The position numbers were made by a program, and so were the translations under genes. A stretch of 64,000 nt of DNA, from NCBI GenBank assembly GCA_964354285.1, contig CAYGYR010000001.1, positions 518,424-582,423 of the forward strand, given 5' to 3'. The notes below the pieces were generated by a model. That model worked only from the letters and a program-made list of their open reading frames with translations, was not told the origin of the DNA and did no database searches. Positions 18,280-27,682 of the stretch are shown here, one piece after another. Source of the DNA: an uncultured Methanosarcinales archaeon (GTDB taxonomy: Archaea; Nanobdellota; Nanobdellia; Woesearchaeales; ARS49). How positions within the stretch are numbered: position 1 is the first letter of the stretch; each line of letters opens with the position of its first letter.

Positions 18280-18334
18280 TTACAAATTCAAAATTGAATT
18301 TGTAATTCCAAAAATTTGTTAAAACAAATTTTTG
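18280..18334. promoter_or_regulatory. Two perfect 12-bp palindromes upstream of L11
   Basis: TTACAAATTCAA(aa)TTGAATTTGTAA 18280-18305; CAAAAATTTGTT(aa)AACAAATTTTTG 18309-18334. Confidence 0.6.
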
Positions 18335-18354
18335 TCATTAGGAGTTTTTTAAAA

Positions 18355-19152
18355 ATGCCAGAACAAATAGTTGAATGCTTGGTCGAAGGAGGAAAAGCAA
18401 CAGCAGCACCGCCATTAGGCCCAGCTCTAGGACCACTCGGAATCAACATAGGGCAGGTTGTTGCTGAGATAAACAAGAAAACAGTTGACTTCAAGGGAAT
18501 GCAGGTTCCCATCAAAGTTATTGTAAAATCAGACAAATCATTCACAGTCACAGTTGGAACACCGCCTGTCTCTGCACTCGTAAAGAAAGAGGCTGGCGTT
18601 GAGAAATTCTCTTCAAACCCATTAACTGAAAAAGTTGCTGACCTAAAGATTGAGCAAGTGATAAAGGTCGCAAAAATGAAATTTGACTCGCTTCTCGGAA
18701 AAGACATGTTCGCAAAAGTGAAAGAAATCCTTGGCTCATGCGATGGCATGGGCGTCCTTGTTGAAGGAAAACAGGCAAGAGAGATAATTGCTGATATCAA
18801 CAAAGGAGCATTTGCTGAAAAGATAAAGGCAATGAAGACAGAGCTCACTGCAGAGGACCTCAAGAAACTCGAGGAAGAGAAGATTAGGCTGCAGGAAGAC
18901 ATCACAAAGAAGAGAGCACTGTACGAATCACAGGCAAAATCAATCATTGCAGGAATGGAAGGGCAGCCAAGAGGAGTAATCAAGGCAAAACTCGTCGAGG
19001 CAAAGATACCGACTGCAATCATCGAAGAGCTGCTGCCAGCCGCAGAGGGCGCAGGAGGAGCAAAAGGCGCAAAACCAGGAGCTCCAGGAGCAGCACCTGC
19101 AGCAGGAGCAAAGCCAGCAGCAGGAGCAAAACCAGCAGCAGGAAAGAAATAA
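18355..19152 (+). CDS. rpl11: Ribosomal protein L11 with a ~110-aa C-terminal extension ending in Ala/Pro/Lys repeats
   Basis: EGGKATAAPPLGPALGPLGINI L11 signature; AGGAG Shine-Dalgarno before the internal ATG; tail KPAAGAKPAAGAKPAAGKK. Confidence 0.85.
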   Translation: MPEQIVECLVEGGKATAAPPLGPALGPLGINIGQVVAEINKKTVDFKGMQVPIKVIVKSDKSFTVTVGTPPVSALVKKEAGVEKFSSNPLTEKVADLKIEQVIKVAKMKFDSLLGKDMFAKVKEILGSCDGMGVLVEGKQAREIIADINKGAFAEKIKAMKTELTAEDLKKLEEEKIRLQEDITKKRALYESQAKSIIAGMEGQPRGVIKAKLVEAKIPTAIIEELLPAAEGAGGAKGAKPGAPGAAPAAGAKPAAGAKPAAGKK

Positions 19153-19250
19153 ATTATTTTCTTTATTTTCTTTTATCCTTTTTTAATAGAAAACGACAAC
19201 TATCATGTCTATATACTTTTGTCATTTTTTAATCAGTACATGCCACTATT

Positions 19251-19868
19251 TTGTCAATTACTTACAGCGTTTACTATAATTTCAAAAAGTATTTAAAGCC
19301 CAAATTCTACACAACACCGATGAGCTTAAAAACAGTGGTGATAGGCGCCCTTGGCCTAGGAATAATAATTACAGCGCTTGCTGTCGCCCTGAGCTTTTTT
19401 GTGGGAAACCCGGCAGATGTCCCAACACTTCTGCTGAATACTATTGATTTGAAGCAAAAGCTTGACGATCCTGTTGTAAGGGCAAAGGCAGTCACGAACA
19501 TCGATGATGCCGTAAGATCCCTGCGCAATGATGCAATATCAGAATCATGGCAGACAGTGCTATCCTGCCTTCAGCAAGGATGTGTTCCAGATGATTATTT
19601 CAACTTCATAGCTGTTGTCATACAGGAAAAGAAAGAAGAGGCAGTGAACAGCGACCTGATATTCAACATACTCATAGTGCAGAGATACTGGGGCGGAGAG
19701 AACATTGTTGAGTTCTCAAAAGCACTGGCTGCTGCAAATGATGAAGTCGAGCAGCTGCGCTCCAAGGCAGCATCTGACAAGTGGTCTGACATAGTTGAAT
19801 GCAATGGGGCATGCCCTGAAAAAGATGACTTGTTTTTTGAGATGATAAAAATAGTTTTGCAGTCCTAA
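19251..19868 (+). CDS. Membrane-anchored hypothetical protein
   Basis: ORF with one TM; start uncertain (alternative ATG at 19320). Confidence 0.35.
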   Translation: MSITYSVYYNFKKYLKPKFYTTPMSLKTVVIGALGLGIIITALAVALSFFVGNPADVPTLLLNTIDLKQKLDDPVVRAKAVTNIDDAVRSLRNDAISESWQTVLSCLQQGCVPDDYFNFIAVVIQEKKEEAVNSDLIFNILIVQRYWGGENIVEFSKALAAANDEVEQLRSKAASDKWSDIVECNGACPEKDDLFFEMIKIVLQS

Positions 19869-19869
19869 A

Positions 19870-20532
19870 ATGAGCATTATAGAAAAAATCGCGGAAACAA
19901 GGAGAAAATACATCAAGGAAGAATTTGCTATTTTAATTTTTCTTTTGATAATGGTCTCAGTATTTATTTCAAGGCCAGAGGTCATTGGCTATGCAAGCAC
20001 AAACATCCACAGCCAGCCATTGAACCTCATGATTACAGAGGGCAAAAGCTATTATCTTGAGTCCATTGTTCCAGTTCACTTGACATCAATGTCCCTTAGC
20101 GGAAAAATAACAGGCAGGGGAACAGTAACCGTTTACCTGGATAATGAAAGAGAGGCAAAAAACCTTGTTTTCACCAATGCCAAAAAAGCAAGCAGCAGGA
20201 TAAACCAGATAACAGGAAACATCCCGACAATAGGCGGATTTTACCAGTTCTCAAAAGGCATGTCAGGATCGAGTGTCACAGGGGACGCTCTTCCTGCAAA
20301 ACAAAGCCCACCAACACTAAAGATAACTGAGGGCGGATTGCTTTACGGCTTTGAGACACTGCCTCCAGGATACCTCACGCTTTCTGGGGTGTTCAATTAT
20401 GCCTGCGTTGACTCATGCATACTGCGGGAAGCTGATTTCACAGGAACAAGGTTCAGGCTTGACTTCTTCATACAGCCAGGAACACAGATAGAGCTAGACG
20501 AGCTGATATACACGACGTATGAAGTTAAGTGA
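19870..20532 (+). CDS. Membrane-anchored hypothetical protein
   Basis: ORF with an N-terminal TM. Confidence 0.35.
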   Translation: MSIIEKIAETRRKYIKEEFAILIFLLIMVSVFISRPEVIGYASTNIHSQPLNLMITEGKSYYLESIVPVHLTSMSLSGKITGRGTVTVYLDNEREAKNLVFTNAKKASSRINQITGNIPTIGGFYQFSKGMSGSSVTGDALPAKQSPPTLKITEGGLLYGFETLPPGYLTLSGVFNYACVDSCILREADFTGTRFRLDFFIQPGTQIELDELIYTTYEVK

Positions 20533-20569
20533 GCAAATGTTTTTAAACATCTAATCTTAATCTTTAATT

Positions 20570-22252
20570 ATGAATGAGAAAGAGCTATATGCAGAACTTA
20601 TTGATGCGCTAAAGCAGAGGAAGCTCTCAAAAGATGAGTTCTCAAAACTAAAGAACAAGCTGTGCAAGAAATACAGGATAATGCAGCCGCCGACTGACAT
20701 ACAGATACTTCTGCACTCAACCCCTGAAGATGCGCAAAAGATGAAGATTGTGACAAAGCCCATAAGGACAATATCCGGGGTTGCAGTCATCGCGATAATG
20801 AGCTATCCTTTTGCATGCAAGCACGGCAGATGCATGTACTGCCCTGGCGGGCCTGGAAGCCCTTTTGGTGATATCCCACAGAGCTACACAGGAAGAGAGC
20901 CTGCAACAATGAGGGCAATAAGAAACAAATACGATGCTTACCTGCAAGTTTTTAATCGACTCGAGCAATACATCGCTCTTGGGCATTTCCCAGACAAAAT
21001 AGAGCTTATAATAATGGGAGGGACATTCCCCAGCTTTGATTTAGAATACCAGCAGGAATTCATCACTCATGCCATAAAAGCAATGAATGATTTTGGAGCT
21101 GAATTTTTCCCAAAGGGAATTTTTGATTTCAAGAAATACAAAGACTTCTTTGAGATGCCAGGAGAGATGAAAGACGAAGCACGCGTGAAAAGAATACAGG
21201 AAAGAGTCTCGGCACTAAAAGGAAAATCAGAGCTTGAAAAAGAACAGAAGCGAAACGAGAAATCAAAGATACGATGCGTAGCAATGTGCCTTGAGACAAG
21301 GCCTGATTACTGCTTTGAAAAAGAAATCAACACAATGCTCCGCCTTGGAGCAACAAGAGTAGAGCTTGGAGCGCAGACAGTCTATGAAGAAGTCCTGAAG
21401 AAAATCAAAAGAGGGCACACAGTCAAAGACACAATAAAAGCAACACAGCTGTTGAAAGATTCTTTCCTTAAAGCAGGATATCACATGATGCCTGGCCTGC
21501 CTGGCTCAAGCAATGAACAAGATGTCATGATGTTCAAAGAGCTATTTAGCAATCCTGACTTCCAGCCAGATGCACTGAAGATTTATCCGTGCATGGTAAT
21601 AGAAGGGACAGAGCTATTTGATTTGTGGAAGAAAGGAAAATATTTGCCATTAACAACTGAAAAAGCAGCTGAGATGCTAGTTGAAATCAAAAAATTCATT
21701 CCAGAATACTGCAGGATAATGAGGGTGCAGAGAGACATACCAACAACAATGATCGCAGCAGGTGTTGACAGGACAAACCTGAGGCAGTATGCCGCTAAAA
21801 TCCTCAAAGAGAAGAACATAAAGTGCAGGTGCATAAGATGCAGGGAGCCAAAAGGAAGAGAGCTTGACTTCAATGCAGTAAAAATGAAAAGATTTGACTA
21901 CACCGCAAGCCATGGAAAAGAAATATTCCTTTCAGCAGTTGACGAGACAAATGACATACTGCTTGGCTTCTGCCGCTTGAGAATTCCATACAAGCCATTC
22001 AGGCCAGAGATAACAAAAGATTCAGCAGGAATAAGAGAGCTGCATGTCTATGGAACAGTTGTTCCTGTCGGAGAAAAAGGAGAGATACAGCACAAGGGAT
22101 TTGGCAAAAAGCTATTGCAAGAAGCAGAAAAAATAGCAAAAGAAGAATTCAAGTGCAAAAAGATGCTAGTTATTTCAGGGATAGGAGTAAGAGAATATTA
22201 CAAAAAATTCGGATACAAAAAAGATGGAGCTTATGTAAGCAAGAAGCTTTAA
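20570..22252 (+). CDS. elp3: Elongator Elp3 homolog (radical SAM plus GNAT tRNA-modifying enzyme)
   Basis: Radical-SAM Cys cluster CKHGRCMYCPGG; C-terminal GNAT HKGFGKKLL. Confidence 0.9.
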   Translation: MNEKELYAELIDALKQRKLSKDEFSKLKNKLCKKYRIMQPPTDIQILLHSTPEDAQKMKIVTKPIRTISGVAVIAIMSYPFACKHGRCMYCPGGPGSPFGDIPQSYTGREPATMRAIRNKYDAYLQVFNRLEQYIALGHFPDKIELIIMGGTFPSFDLEYQQEFITHAIKAMNDFGAEFFPKGIFDFKKYKDFFEMPGEMKDEARVKRIQERVSALKGKSELEKEQKRNEKSKIRCVAMCLETRPDYCFEKEINTMLRLGATRVELGAQTVYEEVLKKIKRGHTVKDTIKATQLLKDSFLKAGYHMMPGLPGSSNEQDVMMFKELFSNPDFQPDALKIYPCMVIEGTELFDLWKKGKYLPLTTEKAAEMLVEIKKFIPEYCRIMRVQRDIPTTMIAAGVDRTNLRQYAAKILKEKNIKCRCIRCREPKGRELDFNAVKMKRFDYTASHGKEIFLSAVDETNDILLGFCRLRIPYKPFRPEITKDSAGIRELHVYGTVVPVGEKGEIQHKGFGKKLLQEAEKIAKEEFKCKKMLVISGIGVREYYKKFGYKKDGAYVSKKL

Positions 22253-22277
22253 ATATTCACAAAAAACAAACAAAAAA

Positions 22278-23222
22278 ATGCCTAAACTAACACCAATTCC
22301 AGGAAACGAGACAATTGTATTCAAGCCAAAATTCATAGAGAGATATTCGGCTCTGACGAACTGGGAAGAATTCAGGAAATACTCATTATGCTTTCTCAGC
22401 AAATCCATAAGAATAAACACGCTAAAGAAAACAGTTGAGGAGATAAAACAACGGCTGAGCAAAAACTGGATACTTGAGCAGATACCCTGGTCTAAGGAAG
22501 GGTTCTGGATAGAGCATAAAAAAGGAAGATTAGATGTTGGAAACACTGTTGAGCACATGCTTGGCTATTATTATGTGCAAGAGGCTGCCTCAATGATACC
22601 GCCTTTAGTTCTCGAGCCAGGGCCAGGAGATGCTGTCCTTGACATGTGCGCTGCTCCAGGAAGCAAAAGCTCGCAGATGGCGCAATACATGCAGAACCAA
22701 GGAGTGCTTGTTACAAATGACGTATCAGGAGCCAGAATTGCTGCCTTAGGAATTAACCTGCAGAAGTGCGGGGTAAGCAATGCCCTTATAATCCAAACAA
22801 AAGGAGAAAAAATACAAGGAGAGTTTGACAAGATCCTGCTTGATGCGCCTTGCTCAGGGACAGGAACAATAAGGAAAAGCCTAAAGACAATAAACTGGTG
22901 GAATCCAGACATGATAAAGCACATCACGAACCAGCAGAAAAAGCTCATACTCCACGCATTTGACTTATTGAAATCAGGAGGAACCCTTGTTTACTCTACT
23001 TGTTCTTTAGAGCCAGAAGAAGATGAAGAAATAGTAAACTATCTTCTTACAAACAGGCAAGACGCAAAAGTTGCTGACATAAACCTAGATATCAAAAGAA
23101 GCCCTGCTGTTCTTGAGTTTGAAAAGGAAAAATACGATGAGAGCATAAGCAAATGCCTAAGAATCTGGCCCCAGGACAATGACACAGAAGGATTTTTTGT
23201 CGCCAAGATAACAAAAAAATAA
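22278..23222 (+). CDS. NOL1/NOP2/Sun-family RNA m5C methyltransferase
   Basis: DMCAAPGSKS SAM motif; catalytic DAPCSGTG and TCSL. Confidence 0.8.
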   Translation: MPKLTPIPGNETIVFKPKFIERYSALTNWEEFRKYSLCFLSKSIRINTLKKTVEEIKQRLSKNWILEQIPWSKEGFWIEHKKGRLDVGNTVEHMLGYYYVQEAASMIPPLVLEPGPGDAVLDMCAAPGSKSSQMAQYMQNQGVLVTNDVSGARIAALGINLQKCGVSNALIIQTKGEKIQGEFDKILLDAPCSGTGTIRKSLKTINWWNPDMIKHITNQQKKLILHAFDLLKSGGTLVYSTCSLEPEEDEEIVNYLLTNRQDAKVADINLDIKRSPAVLEFEKEKYDESISKCLRIWPQDNDTEGFFVAKITKK

Positions 23223-23233
23223 GAAATTCTATT

Positions 23234-23455
23234 TCAGCACGGAAGAACTCTTCCGCCATACTGCTGGCAAATCAGAGCCATATCTCTCTGGTAGCTGCTG
23301 TCTGGTATGCTGTAAGGAATTGCTGTGCGGCCATAGCAGCAATACATTGTATTTGGGGGCGCATGCGTGTATTGCATAACCTGCCCTGTGTACTCTATCA
23401 AAAACAAAGCAAGCACTGCTGCTATAACGAACATTATTAAAATTATCTTTTTCAT
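23234..23455 (-). CDS. Small secreted Cys-containing peptide
   Basis: Signal peptide; CCYG...C...GG motif; paralog of 23501..23740. Confidence 0.4.
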   Translation of the reverse strand: MKKIILIMFVIAAVLALFLIEYTGQVMQYTHAPPNTMYCCYGRTAIPYSIPDSSYQRDMALICQQYGGRVLPC

Positions 23456-23500
23456 TAAGTTTGCCTCACTAATTAAAAAAGTAAATTAAAAAAATAAAAT

Positions 23501-23740
23501 TTACCTTATAATCGGTGCTTTGCAGGCAATAATCTGTCCGCCTGACATATAGCAATTATCAACTTCTGACTGAGCTGGGCCGACTTTCACGCCGCTTGGA
23601 TAAACGCAGCATGTCAATGGCTGGTATCCAGCATAGCCTCCAGTTGGGTATCCTGGTGTCTGCTGTTGTGCTGTCTTGCAGCTAACTAAAAGCATAGCCA
23701 GAACTGCCAAAGAAAGCAGTATTAATATTGTGTTTTTCAT
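23501..23740 (-). CDS. Small secreted Cys-containing peptide (paralog)
   Basis: Signal peptide; CCVYP...C...GG...C. Confidence 0.4.
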   Translation of the reverse strand: MKNTILILLSLAVLAMLLVSCKTAQQQTPGYPTGGYAGYQPLTCCVYPSGVKVGPAQSEVDNCYMSGGQIIACKAPIIR

Positions 23741-23805
23741 ATCATCACCTTTTTTGATGTTTTTACTCTTTGAAAACGATTCCTTATTTAAACTTTTCTA
23801 GAATA

Positions 23806-24501
23806 TCAAATGTAAGTATGTACTTTTTCAGCCTCTATCCTGCCTATGCCCTGCCATTTCTTTTTCAGGAATCTCTTGAGTGATTCGCATTTTTCTTTTA
23901 TTGGCACCATAAACGCAGTTTTATAGGCTTCCTCGCACACGCGTATACCTGCTTCAAGCTCCTTGGGTGATTCTGCGACTAAAGCGCCAACGCATTTAGC
24001 TCTGTTTTCATCAATCGAAATACTGCTTGAATTCTCATAAATGAATGTGGGAGTTCCCTTTTGAGAAGATGCAAACGCGATATCATACCCGCTTAGCTCT
24101 ATTGTAGGAACCTCTTCTGTCTTCCTGCCCTGCTTTCCCTTGACCACAAATTTTTTGCTGACATCTCCTTTTAGCGCTGGAGTGAAGACATAATCAAATT
24201 TTTCATCACGCAAATACTCTTTTGCCTCATCTGTTGTTCCTGCGAACACAAACTCAAGCCTTTGGATATTGTTGTAGCTAGAATAAATTTTTTCAAGCAG
24301 GTCTGTTAAATCATCGCCAAATCCTGCAACAAGAATCCTTCTGAAATGTTTATCTACAAGCTCATCTTTTGCATTAGGGCCTATCTTAACAGGGTCCACT
24401 ACATTCTGGTTTCTTTGCTTATCTAAATAAGGATGGTCTTTTGGAGGGCCATCATTGCTCATGCAAGCTATCTTGTAGTCTAAACGGTCTTTGTCAGGCA
24501 T
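23806..24501 (-). CDS. Hypothetical protein
   Basis: ORF only. Confidence 0.35.
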   Translation of the reverse strand: MPDKDRLDYKIACMSNDGPPKDHPYLDKQRNQNVVDPVKIGPNAKDELVDKHFRRILVAGFGDDLTDLLEKIYSSYNNIQRLEFVFAGTTDEAKEYLRDEKFDYVFTPALKGDVSKKFVVKGKQGRKTEEVPTIELSGYDIAFASSQKGTPTFIYENSSSISIDENRAKCVGALVAESPKELEAGIRVCEEAYKTAFMVPIKEKCESLKRFLKKKWQGIGRIEAEKVHTYI

Positions 24502-24591
24502 TTTGCTTCACTCGCGAATGTATTATACTTGTATGGGTATGTTTTACAGCTTTATATATTCTATGGCATATTTTCTTTAAAAACCTTTGTT

Positions 24592-24620
24592 TTGACAAAT
24601 TTTAAACAAAATTGACAAAT
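24592..24620 (+). promoter_or_regulatory. Direct repeats TTGACAAAT spaced 20 bp apart upstream of a TATA-like box
   Basis: TTGACAAAT at 24592 and 24612; ACAAATT-type half-sites; TTTTAAATA at about -25 from the ATG at 24662. Confidence 0.4.
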
Positions 24621-24661
24621 CCACGAAAGTTTTAAATAGAACAAAAACATCATACTATATT

Positions 24662-25294
24662 ATGGATAAAACAAACATCAACCAGGAGATTTGGCACATC
24701 TTGCAGAGTGATTTAGCAATACAGAAAGACCTGCAAAGAAAACTTCTGAACACACGAGCACTGGCAAAATACATAATAACAAAATATCCGCTAAGGGCAT
24801 CACTTGATTCTGTAATATCCGCAATAAGAAGATTCCAGAGCCAGGAAAAATTTGCAGAAGAAGAAAAAGCCCTTCTCGGATGCTTCAAAGGGGCTGTTGT
24901 CTCGACAAAAAACAATGTGGTGTGCATAACATTGCAGATGAGGCCATCTGAGTTTTTTAAAAAATTCAGCGCACTGAACAACCCATCACTAAGGATAACC
25001 ACAGGAAGCAGGGAAGTCAAGGTGATAGTTGAACAGCCTTACCTGGCTGACATAAAGAAACTGTTTGAAAAAGAGCAGTTCAGGCAGATTCAAGAAAAAT
25101 TAAGCGAGATAAATGTAAAACTCAGCACAAACTCACTTGAGATAAAAGGAGTTCTTGCAAGAATAGCCAGCGAGATAGCGCTCGCAGACATAAACCTTTA
25201 TGAGATGCTTGTCTGCCCCCCAGAGTTCTTGATTTACATCAAAGAAAAAGACATTGTAAAAGCACATGAAGCAATATTGAAGCTGTGCGAGTAG
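24662..25294 (+). CDS. Hypothetical protein, possible wHTH regulator
   Basis: ORF; N-terminal helical region. Confidence 0.35.
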   Translation: MDKTNINQEIWHILQSDLAIQKDLQRKLLNTRALAKYIITKYPLRASLDSVISAIRRFQSQEKFAEEEKALLGCFKGAVVSTKNNVVCITLQMRPSEFFKKFSALNNPSLRITTGSREVKVIVEQPYLADIKKLFEKEQFRQIQEKLSEINVKLSTNSLEIKGVLARIASEIALADINLYEMLVCPPEFLIYIKEKDIVKAHEAILKLCE

Positions 25295-25320
25295 AACTGA
25301 AGGGAAAGCTGGAAAAAGGA

Positions 25321-25752
25321 TTACTGCCATATTTTCTTTCTGATTTCATAACATGTGATTGCAGTAGAATAAAAAAACAAGTCAGAACAAAGCTTTCCAA
25401 TTATTATTGCAACTTGAAAATTCAGTATTAGCTTAGGGAATACGTATAAACAGAGAGGCCCTATCAAAAGAATATCTAATACCTCTGCGGGACTAAATTC
25501 AAAAATAAGATTTCTTATGACTTTAAAGAATGACATAATCGTAATCTTATTTTTTCTGTGCTCTAAAACTAGCTCCCTTGTAGAGATATAAAGATAATAT
25601 GAGATAATTCCACCCCAAGAGCCAAGGTACGCAATAACAATATCATTTAATTCAAGAAATCTGCCTAAATTTGAAAATAGCAATACAAATACTGTCGCAA
25701 CCAAAAATGGAGGAAGGTATCTTTTCAACCATTCTTGTAATTTATGTTTCAT
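25321..25752 (-). CDS. Membrane protein
   Basis: Multiple TM helices. Confidence 0.4.
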   Translation of the reverse strand: MKHKLQEWLKRYLPPFLVATVFVLLFSNLGRFLELNDIVIAYLGSWGGIISYYLYISTRELVLEHRKNKITIMSFFKVIRNLIFEFSPAEVLDILLIGPLCLYVFPKLILNFQVAIIIGKLCSDLFFYSTAITCYEIRKKIWQ

Positions 25753-25811
25753 TTAAATTTATATTCTGCCTTGATTTATAATATTATTTATTTGAATGCA
25801 CTCATATGGCT

Positions 25812-26540
25812 TCATTCTTTTTCAATGATAGCAGCATACGTTGGTCCATCAGAACTGATAAATTTTCTAACTTTCCAGCCAGTGCCTTTGAGAATATCTT
25901 TTAATTCATCTTTTGAAACAAACAAATAATCAAACCAATCACCAACGCACTTCTTGAATCTCAATCTCATGCGAATTTGGCCAGGCATTCTTCCTCTTTT
26001 TCTATTGAACTTATGATACGAAAGGTGTACGGGATCCTTTGTTTTGGAGGGATCAAGATTTTCAGAAATTATCAAGGCATCAGGACTTGTTATTCTATGA
26101 AACACTTTCAATAATTTTTTGGCTTTATTATAACTGCCGAATAATCCGAAATTATTGCCAAACAGGATTATGGTATCAAAAGCACTTGCCTTGAATGTGC
26201 TAATTCTTTCAATAGGCAAAACTTTTGCATGTTTCACGCCTCGTTTTTTGCAAATTTTAATAGCCAAAGGAGAGTTATCTATTGCTATAACATCAAACCT
26301 CTTCTTTTGAAGGTAAAGTGAAACACGGCCGACTCCTGCGCCGACATCAAGAACCTTGCCTTTCGTCAGTTTTATTGCTTGTTTTTGAATTTTTGGCCAA
26401 TCTTTGAATTCTGCAAAATATGCAGGCGCGCCTGTAGACAAATCAATAAAACCATCATCCCTCTCAATGACTTCGTATGATTCTTTGCCTTTGAAGAATG
26501 CCCACATTTCTTGTCCGTAAGCATCTTTGTTTATGTCCAT
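25812..26540 (-). CDS. Class I SAM-dependent methyltransferase
   Basis: VLDVGAGVGRVS motif I. Confidence 0.7.
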   Translation of the reverse strand: MDINKDAYGQEMWAFFKGKESYEVIERDDGFIDLSTGAPAYFAEFKDWPKIQKQAIKLTKGKVLDVGAGVGRVSLYLQKKRFDVIAIDNSPLAIKICKKRGVKHAKVLPIERISTFKASAFDTIILFGNNFGLFGSYNKAKKLLKVFHRITSPDALIISENLDPSKTKDPVHLSYHKFNRKRGRMPGQIRMRLRFKKCVGDWFDYLFVSKDELKDILKGTGWKVRKFISSDGPTYAAIIEKE

Positions 26541-26688
26541 ATTGGTTTGGTTACGATTAGGATTTATATAAATGTATCTTGAGAGAAAGATTTTTATACG
26601 GTACTAATAATAACTTGCTGCATAAGAGACAGCACAGAACCTTTTGGTTCCGCTGGTCTCAATTTTTAGGAAAAATTGAGGTGAAATT

Positions 26689-27681
26689 ATGATTAGAGTC
26701 GCAATTAATGGATTTGGCCGAATAGGCCGACAAGTTCTCCAGGCAGGATTCAAGGAAAAAGGAATACAGTGGGTCGCTGTAAATGACCTCACTGATACAA
26801 AAACGTTAGCTCATCTTCTGAAGTATGATTCTGTTTACGGAAGGTTCCAAGGCAAAGTAAGCTCCACAGACAAATCACTCATCATTGATGGAAAAGAAAT
26901 TCTCGTATTTGCAGAGAAAGACCCGATGAACCTGCCATGGAAAAAACTAAAGATAGATGTAGTCGTGGAAAGCACAGGATTCTTCACAAAAAGAGAGGGA
27001 GCTGAGCTGCACCTGAAAGCAGGAGCAAAAAAAGTCCTTATCTCAGCACCTGCAAAAAACCCAGACATAACTGTCGTAAAAGGAGTTAATGAGCACCTGT
27101 ATGACAAAAAGAAACACAACATAATATCAAATGCATCATGCACAACAAACTGCGCAGCGCCAATGCTAAAAGCTCTAAATGATGCATTTGGCATAGACCA
27201 GGGATTCATGGTGACAGTCCATGCATACACTGCAACGCAGAAGCTTGTTGATGCGCCAGCAGATGATTTGCGAAGAGCAAGGGCAGCTGCAGTAAACATT
27301 GTCCCGACAACAACAGGAGCTGCAACAGCAGTAATAGATGTCATCCCAGAATTGAAAGGAAAAATAGATGGAATGGCAATACGCGTGCCAGTGATAGACG
27401 GCTCATTCGCACAATTCTCTGCAAGACTGAAAAAACCAGCGACTGTCGAGCAGATAAACAAGGCATTCAAAGAAGTATCACAGAAAAAAATGAAAGGAAT
27501 AATAGAATACACAGAAGAGCCATTAGTCAGCACAGACGTAATCAAAAACTCAAGCAGCTGCGTATTTGATTCGCTTGCAACAACCATGACCGGAGACAGG
27601 TTTGTCTCAATAGGCGGATGGTATGACAATGAATGGGGATATTCCTGCAGAATGGTTGACATAATCAAGATATTACTATAA
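26689..27681 (+). CDS. gap: Glyceraldehyde-3-phosphate dehydrogenase, type I (bacterial/eukaryotic type)
   Basis: INGFGRIGR Rossmann motif; active site SNASCTTNCAAP. Confidence 0.9.
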   Translation: MIRVAINGFGRIGRQVLQAGFKEKGIQWVAVNDLTDTKTLAHLLKYDSVYGRFQGKVSSTDKSLIIDGKEILVFAEKDPMNLPWKKLKIDVVVESTGFFTKREGAELHLKAGAKKVLISAPAKNPDITVVKGVNEHLYDKKKHNIISNASCTTNCAAPMLKALNDAFGIDQGFMVTVHAYTATQKLVDAPADDLRRARAAAVNIVPTTTGAATAVIDVIPELKGKIDGMAIRVPVIDGSFAQFSARLKKPATVEQINKAFKEVSQKKMKGIIEYTEEPLVSTDVIKNSSSCVFDSLATTMTGDRFVSIGGWYDNEWGYSCRMVDIIKILL

Positions 27682-27682
27682 A

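Noticed and set aside
18316-18354. Longer L11 ORF starting at 18316
   Set aside because: It would begin inside the 12-bp palindrome. AGGAG lies before the ATG at 18355, which matches the conserved L11 N-terminus (MPEQIVE).
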